Source of the DNA: Eledone cirrhosa | Taxonomy: Eukaryota | DNA length: 64,000 nt | NCBI GenBank assembly: GCA_964016885.1 | Contig: OZ024742.1 | Coordinates: 238,204,001-238,268,000, forward strand | Direction of reading: 5' to 3' | Part shown: piece by piece, positions 54,250 to 64,000 of the stretch | How the letters are laid out: each line of letters opens with the position of its first letter | Position numbering within the stretch: position 1 is the first letter of the stretch | Program-made: the position numbers and the translations under genes | The notes under the pieces: model-generated | The model's input: only the letters and a program-made list of their open reading frames with translations | What the model was told of the DNA's origin: nothing | Databases searched by the model: none

Positions 54250-55095
54250 TCAGTATCCAAGGACCATACAAAACATTTGGCCGGTCTAATTTGCTTAACA
54301 GTGCGTTCGTTGGCAACGTGTTAGCTTTCAGATTTTATACATACAAGACAAGGCTTTAGACCTCGCTCGCATCTTCGGGGTTATCAGTAATCAAAGAGTT
54401 CGACCTGATTTACCACGCACGAAGGACACGCCTAATCAACAATAGCACCACTTGGGTAAAAACAATCCGACCCAGAAGATTCATTCAACGTCTCGATGCG
54501 GGTTATACGACAGCGCGGATTATATGTAAACTTGTTGGATTATAACATTCTCCATACACTTAAGCAGAAATTGCCCGATAACACCATCAGTCTATACCAT
54601 GACGACGGTCTTTCTTTGACTGCAACGGGCACGATATAGACAAGTTCTGTAAAGATCTGATAATCACTTTTCTCAACCTAGGACTTAAAATCACAATCGA
54701 CACGAATCTCACTAGCGCAAAATTTCTCGGCGTTTACCGGAACCTACCAACAGGCACATATAAACTCTATCATAAACCAAACGAGAGGCTAAAATACATC
54801 GACATAGGACCCTGCCACCCATATACACCTTTGAAAAATCTAGTGCCCAAAATTAGCGCTAGAATCTCACACACCTCATCCAGTAGAGAGATATTTGAAA
54901 AGCAGTGCCGTACTATAACAAGGCCCTCCGATATAGTGGATTTAAAAAACAGATTAAATACATACCTAATAGACACCCACCTAAAAATAAAGATAGAAAA
55001 AGAAAAAGAATCTGGTTCGTGCCTCCTTTCTCACTAAATATAAAAATTCATGTAGGTAAGAAATTCTTAGTCCTTATCGATAAGCGCTTTACCTA
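54250..55095 (+). pseudogene. Penelope-like element RT fragment
   Basis: YDSAD..KLVGL, LYHDDGL, LGLKITIDTN, YHKPNERLKYID, KRKRIWFVPPFSLNIK..VGKKFL; frameshifted. Confidence 0.8.
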
Positions 55096-55388
55096 ACAAC
55101 ACACATACAATTTAAACGAGAATTGCCTCCCTTGTTTTCAATATGAAACTCTCCTGCATTTGAAGCAAAAATTCCTTTTCATATATATTTGTCCGCGTGT
55201 CCGATGAAGGGCCAGTTTGGAATGGCCTCCTCCAATATACAGAAGTAGTCATAACTGGACCCCGAAACCACTGGTTAAGTATATGAAACATTATTTATAC
55301 ACACACACTCACACAGAGAGCTTCCAACAGTAATGGTTGCATTCTTTAAGGGTATGTCAATATTTATTTATAAAACTGATCTATATTA

Positions 55389-55453
55389 TATTTTATCTGA
55401 TGAAAGCACACCATAATTTAACTTGGTGTCCTTGAAATATGTATAATGAAATA
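55389..55453 (+). ncRNA. Type I hammerhead motif (family C)
   Basis: tattttat-CTGATGA-aagcacacca...tggtgtcctt-GAAA-tatgta-TA-atgaaata; flanks homologous to 49165-49315. Confidence 0.8.
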
Positions 55454-55644
55454 AATATGGTTTTATAAATATAGTTTCCATTTGTTAATATCGTATTTTT
55501 ACTCCAAATATTTGTTGAGTATTTTATATCAGTTATAAAAATATTTGCTTGTTGTATCCCAACAATTTAAATAGAACTTTTACATATATATATATTATAA
55601 AATGACAGGAGGGCTGGACTGGTGAGATTCCTTAAAGATTTATT

Positions 55645-55702
55645 ATACTATGAACATTTCAATGACTGGGTTCGGTATGAATCCGGTGACATCATCAGGT
55701 AT
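55645..55702 (-). ncRNA. Type I hammerhead motif
   Basis: atac-CTGATGA-tgtcaccgg...ccagtcatt-GAAA-tgttca-TA-gtat. Confidence 0.6.
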
Positions 55703-55820
55703 TCCTAAATTTATCCAACAAAGGAATATAATAATAGACACAATCCAACGGGCTGAAAAGCAGAGAGAAATGCCCAAGACGAGAAGGCGGCCAAAAATTA
55801 GCAGTTGCTAGTCCGGGCGG

Positions 55821-55924
<104 letters not shown>

Positions 55925-56074
55925 CTCTAAAAGAATCACCTGCCTTCAGACCGAGAGAGGGTGTGATCACTGACAGTTTTAAAGAACCCAAGACACGATG
56001 TACGTCACTACGGCGCCCCCTCACGACCATCAGGAGTTATGAGTGCATACATACATATTGGGATAGTAAAACAT

Positions 56075-56380
56075 TTAGAGATTACGGTATTCAAGATCGT
56101 AAGGACTTGAGTTCAACTCCCGGTGGCTCGTTGTAACGTCCTAGGGCAAGACACTAATTCACTGTGCTCCAGTCGACACAGTTGGAAAAAAATAGATTAT
56201 ACCTTCTGTGATCGAAAGGGGGCGGCCTTGTCACTCACCGTACCACGCTGAATCTCTCTGGGAACTACTATATGTAGGCTGTCTATGGAAGGTTTGACCA
56301 GTTACACGTTAATTTCACGAACAGACTGTCCGTTGATCCAACAACTGGAACATTCCTCGTCTGAACTGATGGACATCTCA
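56075..56380 (+). mobile_element. SINE S2
   Basis: B-box-like gagttcaactcc; body matches the other S2 copies. Confidence 0.6.
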
Positions 56381-57906
56381 CACATACCTGGATGGTTTTA
56401 TCTAATTATAAACTATTTGAATGGAAGAATAGATCAGACCTTCTACAAATTTCTAACAGATTTAATTATTAAGTTCGCTGTCCATCTTCTCATCGACCAT
56501 ATGAATGAAGTATACGACTGCCATATACGTTTTATGTATTTCCTTTTCTTTTTACAACTTTTAGATGTTTGCATAATAATCTTTTCGCTGGTTTTCTTTT
56601 ATTTTGTGCTTGTTCCGATCTTTCAAGCAATAAATGTGTTTATATATTGCTTGCTTTCATTCTTTGTGTATATTTTATCGGTCAGATTAAACTGACAACA
56701 GCAGAAAAGCATTCACACTTTTATCTCAAGCAATGCGTCGTAATCAGAGCCGCTGCCTGGTTGTTTACGGTTCTAGATTAGCTCTACAATGGGTGACCCC
56801 TTTCTCCTGAAAATAATGATTTCAACTTGTAAACTGACAAAATTAGTTTTTGACACTTATTGCTCGGACAACACTAAGAACATTATTAAGCCTGCATTTT
56901 TAACTCCACAGACCACACTCCTCCACACTAGATCATGTGACAGCTCATAACACCATACGACTCTCTCCTCCACTTTGGATATTTCCATGAAGCTGATACA
57001 TGGCAAAATTGTTTAATGATTTATTTCTTGATCACAAGAAATTAATATATATTTACGTTAATTGTGTTCTTAAAGGTTCAGTAATGCACCTCTCTGATGT
57101 CTACGGTTACCTAGTTGGCCTTACTGGTAGTGCTGTCACCGGGTTCCTTGTGAGATAGTTAAGCAGCTGAACTGGTTGATAGATAAATAAGGAAGGTTGG
57201 TTCTGTCACACATCTGTAAGATATTATTTGAACTAGACCATAATACTTCTGCACCAATGCATCGTGACCAGTCTTCACCCGCGTAAATAACGTACTGGGT
57301 TAGATCTATGTGTGCCCCCTTCTCCTAAATATAATAATTTCAACTTACACTTTAGTAAGCTGTCGAAACTAGTGTTTAGCACTGCTTGCTCTGATCACAC
57401 TAAGAATATTAAAATTACTAAGCTTGTGTTTTCCACGACACAGTCCACATCCATGCATGCTAAATCATGTGAAATTGCCGTCCATTTAGCTTTCTATTTA
57501 TTTTCTCCTCTTAACAACGACTATACTAGTGAACTACAACCACAATATGTGTTTTATGGATTTCCTCGTCTGTTAATAACTTTTAGATGTTTGTATAAGA
57601 ATCCTTTGAGTGGTTTTCATTCATCTTTTTCTTGTTCCGATCTTTCAAATAAAAGAATTATTTATTTCTTGCTTCGTGTATCTTTTATCGGTTAGATTAA
57701 ACTGACAATAGCAGAAATACATTCACTTTTATTTGCAGCTCTTCGTAAGGCCACTTCAATTCAGTGCGTCATAACTCGTGTGATTTAAAGTCACTTACAA
57801 AATATGGAGGCATGGCTGTGTGGATATGGTGCTTGTTTCGCCACCACTTAGTTGAAATTGGTATATGGAAACTGTAGAGATCTGTCGTATATATATATAT
57901 ATATAT

Positions 57907-58097
57907 TCAATATAGAAATGGCTTCTACAGGACTAGAACTGTTTCATTTGGGAGAAATCATCAGGGCTTCCTGATGATTTCTCCCGAATGAAACAGTTCT
58001 AGTCCTGTAGAAGCCATTTCTATATTAAATATTTATACTCTGCTATGTATTGAGTACCTTACTTACTGTGGTTACCCCCGATTGCACCCGGGATAAA

Positions 58098-58100
<3 letters not shown>
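57907..58100 (+). mobile_element. Fold-back pLTR-like element, family D
   Basis: Arms 57909-57965/57970-58026, ~75-nt right extension, (TA)n flanks. Confidence 0.85.
57965..58015 (+). ncRNA. Type I hammerhead ribozyme motif
   Basis: ggcttc-CTGATGA-tttc tccc gaat-GAAA-cag ttctagtc ctg-TA-gaagcc: 6-bp stem I, GUA triplet. Confidence 0.85.
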
Positions 58101-58142
<42 letters not shown>

Positions 58143-58840
58143 TATAAATTGTGTCCATAGAATCATTTGATAAGATATATACACCATTTCCTCTCCCAAT
58201 CAGCATAATCAACCACACAAAAAAACAATTAAATCAGGCTATAAGATTAAAAGGCAACTAAGAAGAAATAATAGATAAATAAACGACAGCCATCTATTCG
58301 CTATCAACAGCTATCGAATATTTACCCAGCATTTCAATAGCACGTGGAAATCGATTAAATATATCGTCAACCATACACAATTAGGTATAAAATTAAAGTT
58401 AGAAGAAAAAAAATGTATATAAACATACCAGGATTACGTTTCTACCCCTTGGAGTTTCATTCACTTTTGGAAATATCCGATCAAGGATAAATTCTCGAGC
58501 TTCGAAATCATCAGGAAACAAACTCACTTGAACGCTAGAAACGAATTCAAAATGGCTAAGAACTGTGACGTGGCAGTGGTCAAGTCAGAAAGAATGTGAT
58601 TGGTGCCTTACTGCGAGTGGGCTGGTTGCTAGAAAGCGCAGCCTAATATTGCCTAAATTGCATCTCAACCTTATGGGACATTATCAAATATAAAGATTTA
58701 CATATACACAAACTAGACAAAGTCATAGATATATATATATATGTTTTTGGCAACCATTCACGATGTGGCTCAATGATGAATTAATTAATTAAATAATCAG
58801 AGCAATATACTATAAATTGTGTCCATAGAATCATTTGATA

Positions 58841-58888
<48 letters not shown>

Positions 58889-58939
58889 AAGTATGTCAGT
58901 GGAAAAATCAACACCCCAATCATTTTGAAACTGTTAGTA

Positions 58940-59046
58940 TCCCTCTGAAGAGACGGAATATACGATTATAGACACAGATTATGCTAAATGTTTCGCAGCA
59001 TTTCAAATAACTGGGTGTACAACTACTTCGAAACATATGTAAGGGA
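58940..59046 (+). ncRNA. Type I hammerhead motif with long stem II insert
   Basis: tccct-CTGAAGA-ga...(~80 nt)...tc-GAAA-catatg-TA-aggga. Confidence 0.65.
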
Positions 59047-59273
59047 ATAAATATGGTTTTTCAAATGATAGAAGTTGATTTTTCCATCGATGTACTTGTT
59101 TATATTTGCTCTGCATTTATGCCTACACCTCCAAGTCTTTATTGCTAATAACTTCTTTCTCTTCAAACTTATATTATAGAAACGCATTGAGCTAATCCTA
59201 AAAAGACGTGGCAATTACATGTTGTCATATAATTTTCTACTTTCCTTCGAGTATTGTTTTTATAGTTCTAACT

Positions 59274-59310
<37 letters not shown>

Positions 59311-59315
<5 letters not shown>

Positions 59316-59460
59316 AAAGAAGGTGTGGTAAGATACCAGGTGGACGATAACACACCAGAGTATTCGATACTTAGGGTAGTAGAGTGGGTAATGGGAAAAG
59401 AACGGACCTAACTGTCGAAACGGCCGGAGCTCAGCCGTCGGGGTCCTGACTCTTTTCATA
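59311..59460. mobile_element. Family A fold-back element, internally truncated
   Basis: Family A extension joined to an inverted gtcGAAAcggc..gccgTCggggtcctgactcttttc arm. Confidence 0.8.
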
Positions 59461-59466
59461 TATGTA

Positions 59467-60307
59467 CGAGGTGGGTCAGAAAAGTTCCAGGACTGATGTC
59501 ACAAAAGATTTATTTCAAACCCAAACTTCACACTAAGAGTTTTCTCCTTCAAAGTAATCCCCTGGAGTCTAATGCACTTTTCCATCCTTTTCTGCCACGC
59601 TTGCCTGCACTGCTGGAAGGATTCTTCCGGGATCCTCCGCAGTTCCGTCGTCACGGCCTTTTTGATGTCGTCCACGTCTTCAAAACGGGTTCCCTCCGGG
59701 GCGTACTCGAAGATCCATGACTCATCACCGGTAATGACTGTCCCTAGCAAGTATGGTTCGGTTTCAAGACGCTCGAGGATGTGCTGGCACACTTGCATGC
59801 ATCGACCCTTCTGGTCATCGTTCAGCAGTTTTGGCACTATCTTCGCGCAGACTTCCCGCATGTCCAAATCTTCAGTGAAAATCTTCCAGACGCTGTCCCG
59901 ATTCATGCCCAGCTCATTTGCCATCAGTCAAACAGTCATCCGACGATTGCTACGCACCTTCTGCCTGATGCGCTCAACGTTGACCTCAGTCCTGGTCATT
60001 GAGGGCGTTCCGCTCCTGGGGTCATCTTCCACGTCCTCGCGTCCTTCTTTAAACCGCTTGCACCACTCAAAAACACACGAGCGTGACATCGTCTCATCTC
60101 CATACACTTGCTGCAGCAATCCCAGTGCTTCTGACAGAGGACATGTATATAAAATTATGAAGTAAAAAGTTTGATCGCTGCAGAGAGCTAAGATTACAGT
60201 TACATATTCCAGGGGGATTACTTTGAAGGAGAAAACTGTTAGTGCGAAGTTTGGGTTTGAAATAAATCTTTTGTGACATCAGTCTTGGAACTTTTCTGAC
60301 CCACCTC

Positions 60308-60308
<1 letters not shown>
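59467..60308 (-). mobile_element. Internally deleted derivative of the 7744-9046 mariner
   Basis: Same long TIRs and TA flanks; lacks the start-codon region and ~0.4 kb of the catalytic core. Confidence 0.93.
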
Positions 60309-60388
<80 letters not shown>

Positions 60389-60589
60389 CCTGTACCTTTT
60401 TATTTGAAAAAAGTTTATAACCTATTCGCTTGATCGCCTAGTTGAATACTAATGTTTATATCTCGAAACGCTAAATATTAACCATTGTGCTCATATGTAT
60501 TCAAAATCTAATATTTAAGAGGTAACAATTTTCATCATTTTCATAATTCTGAAGATTCTAACTTTTTATTTTATTTGTAAGTGGTAGAA

Positions 60590-61365
60590 TGACTGGTGGG
60601 TTTAAAATCAGTCGGCTGGAATTTGCAGACGCCATGGTGTTAAGTAATTCGACAGAAGATGATCTTTGATTTGCACTTGACAGGTTTGATGACGAGTGCA
60701 GCATGCCTGGAATGAAAATCAGTGCTGCGAAAACCGAGACAATTGTCCTCCCAAGGAAGCCTGCGCAGTTCACTCTACATGTAAATGAAGTTCCACTGAA
60801 GCAGTTAGAGAAGTTCAAAGTTTCTCGGGGCCGTGTTCACGAGTAATGGAAGGCAGGATGCTGAATTAAGTGCAAGAATTCCAGGAGCTGGTGCAGTAAT
60901 GCGCCAGCTTCAGCATTCAGTAATCAGAAAAAGGGAGATAGGCGTAAAAGCCAAACTCGCTATCTTCAATTCAGTATTTGTACCAGCCCTTACCTATGGT
61001 CATGAATCTTGGGTAATACGATCACGAATACAAACGGCCGAAATGGGATTCCTCTGAATGGTCTTTAGGTAGTGCCGCTACTTCTCCGAACTGAAAGATC
61101 ACAGTTCCGATACTAATGGCATATGGTTAGAATGTCTCAGGAGAGAATCGCGGGACAGATTTTACGGATAAAACCAACCGACAGGAGACCCAGGGGTAGA
61201 CCCTGAGCAAGACGGTTGAATAAAATCCATGAGCTAGGCTGCTCACGCTTGAGGATCCAGCCGGATCAGTTCGAGACGGTTGTTTCTGACATGACCCGCT
61301 GGAAGTAGTGAGTGACGACTCTGCTCCCACGACCTTCTCAGGAATAAGTAGGCGAATAATAATAA
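60590..61365 (+). pseudogene. Degenerate RTE-like LINE 3' fragment
   Basis: LEFADA, GMKISAAKTE, LKQLEKF, IFNSVFVPALTYGHESW, R..GRP; (AAT) tail. Confidence 0.75.
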
Positions 61366-61699
61366 GAAAAAGTAATTAATTATGAATCAACGTTCGTAAA
61401 TTAATTAAAATGATATATAATTAACTATTTTGGTCCTCTATATTATTATAATATTTTTGCTCTATGAGTTACATATTGTTACTTGAATATTTTCAAACAT
61501 GGATTTCATAAAACTCAAACTTGAAATATATTTAGCCAGTCTGAATGGTTTATATTGATAAACCTCATATTTGAGCTGGAATCGGATACCTTTTTTTTGT
61601 GTGTGTGTTTTCTTGTACGAAAACGAATGTTTATGAACTTATTAATGCTCCTTTATAGTTGTGCTTACAATTGAACTAGGAAAAGATGCTGCCGAAACG

Positions 61700-62720
61700 C
61701 AACCTCGAAATATCCTTGAAATGTATACCCTTCTTGACAAGCAAACTTTCCTAAAGCACCTAATCTATAGCACCAATTCATTCATCAGAAGAAGGAAATG
61801 GAGGACATTGTTCTTTGATAAGAAAAACCGATATGAAGAAAATAGAAATATTAAACTCCAGCACCTGATAGCTTTGGATTTCCAACATATAGGCTCACAA
61901 TGGATTATTGGATAACTTCGAAAGTGACTTGTTTAACATGATGAAGAATATCAAATTTAACCCCCCCCCCCCCTCCTTTCCAAGTACTGTACCAAATTCT
62001 TGAAACATCTGAACTCTACTAACTATTCCTTCAGGAAAAATAAGAAAATACGAGTCCATGCTGACAAAACTAAGAATATATATAATTTGAACTATGAAAA
62101 ATATATTTATTTTATTTATAAATAACTATTTATAAATTATAAGAAGACCAACCAAACTAAAAGATGATATCAATAGGCAGGGTAAATTATTGCTAAACAA
62201 TTTGACCTAGAGTAGTACACCGAACCTTACATTCCTAAAAGACCTAAAAAAAGATTTTAACATCACCATAAGATTAATATGTCTATCAACGTCTGATATA
62301 GGTAAAATTAGGTAGAAAATATTAGATAGAATAATTCCACAAATTAGAAAGAACAACACTTAGCCTTTCAGGAAACACAGAAGAAGTATTAGATTGGTTA
62401 AAATATTCAGATAGCAAGATTAAATGTTTTACAATTTGACATTAATAACTATTATGCCTCAATGTCTCCTTCTCTATTTAATAAAGCGTTATCCTTCGCT
62501 ACTAACCTTGCAAATATAACCAAACTAGAAATTAATACTATTTTAGCTGCTAAACTGACTCTTATTGAATTGAATGGAGACTTGTAGACTAGAAATAACC
62601 ACCCTAATGATGTTGATGCCACTATGGTCTCCATTGGCTCGGTCCAAGTTACAGGCTTAGTTGGGCTAGTTCTTAATAAATTAAAATATGGTTTTCCTGC
62701 TAAGCGGGTGGTTTATATCT
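61700..62720 (+). pseudogene. Degenerate Penelope-like ORF fragment
   Basis: FIRRRKWRTLFF, VHADKTKNIY, LQFDINNYYASMS..LFNKAL, DATMVS..QVTGLVG. Confidence 0.7.
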
Positions 62721-62823
62721 CTTTTTCTTCGAAAATTATACTAACTCAGCTTTAGTGGGGCTTAGAGTGGGGTTTTTACATATATATATATATATATATG
62801 TACATATATATGTGTGGGGTTAT

Positions 62824-62871
<48 letters not shown>

Positions 62872-62893
62872 TATGTATGTGTGCATATTTATG

Positions 62894-63028
<135 letters not shown>

Positions 63029-63362
63029 TGTGTGTGTGTGTGTGTGTGTGTGAATAACTATATTTATGTATATACTGATATATATATATAAATATATATA
63101 TATAGTATGTATTTGTATGTTTGGTTGTGTGTATGTGTATATATATATGTGTATGTATGGATGTATGTATTTATTTATATATATGTATGCATTTATATAT
63201 GTATGTGTTTGTATATATATATATATATATCATGTATATGTATATTTATGTAACCGATGCTATGAGAGAGCAACACTAAATATCAGGCCAGGGCATATCA
63301 ATGAATTGAAACAACAGAAGTAAGCTTTATTTCTTCTTTATGAATTTCTGTTTCAACTTCTA

Positions 63363-63423
63363 GTTGTCTGATGAGGTCATAACTGTTGCATAACGGCTAT
63401 CACCGAAATATATATATAACAGC
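63363..63423 (+). ncRNA. Type I hammerhead motif
   Basis: gttgt-CTGATGA-ggtcataactgtt gcat aacggctatcacc-GAAA-tatatata-TA-acagc; architecture like 33709. Confidence 0.8.
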
Positions 63424-63749
63424 GATTATGAATTATAACCTGTTGATTTGTACTTCCTGTTTATAGTTCTAATACACTGAAAGTTTTCATACAGTATTTG
63501 AGTCGCGTGATGCTGCTGCACCATGCGGTTTTTTACGAGTCATGATTTTATGATATGTATTCAGACAGTCCCTTTTGGGTAGATATATATTTGACAATAC
63601 AATACAACACTCCTTTCACATATATGATCTAGCAGTTATCCTGTATGTATGATAATGTTTCTGCTTGTCCCATATTCTTTGATAAACTCGCCTCCTGTCG
63701 ATAACACTTCAGTTCTTTCAGCATTAATTTTTCCAGTGTCTGGGTGGTG

Positions 63750-63912
63750 GATTGGCAGTATCGGTAGAGGGTCTGACGTCATGCTTTATGGTCTGAGTTC
63801 AAATCCCGCCGAGATTAACTTTGCCTTTCATTCTGATGGGGTCGATAAAATAAAGCACCAGTAATACACTGGGATAATTGCTGGCCTTGTGCCAAATGTA
63901 GAAACAATTAAT
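63750..63912 (+). mobile_element. SINE S1
   Basis: Matches the S1 consensus. Confidence 0.8.
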
Positions 63913-64000
63913 TATACCAATGTCTTGGAACTCCAGCTTTTTGAGTTTTCGAAACCATAGTTGGGGCACTATATAGGTTGGAATTAGCTTCCTTTAGCCA

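Noticed and set aside
55195-55285. Hammerhead-like CCGATGAAggg...cccGAAA downstream of the Penelope fragment
   Set aside because: The core is mutated and stem I does not pair; probably a decayed pLTR ribozyme, so not called.

Overview
AT-rich, microsatellite-dense animal genomic DNA. The SINE content suggests an octopod cephalopod, which is an inference. I can support no host gene exon, and nearly all short ORFs are microsatellite read-through. The window is a mosaic of mobile DNA: a full-length but disrupted Tx1/L1-clade LINE next to (TC)n, a young 5'-truncated RTE LINE, older RTE, R4/Dong, CRE and Penelope fragments, mariner elements, two adjacent non-autonomous Helitrons carrying minisatellites, tRNA-type SINEs and a 200-N gap. 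The most notable signal is about 18 type I hammerhead ribozyme motifs read by eye, plus degenerate ones. They sit in short non-coding Penelope-pLTR/retrozyme-like elements inserted in (TA)n tracts. Several families carry the compensatory U3-A8 core (UUGANAA). One element is a 593-bp head-to-tail tandem with one ribozyme per unit. Three families form fold-back insertions in which one arm stops a fixed distance short of the other. All folds are manual, and cleavage activity is untested.
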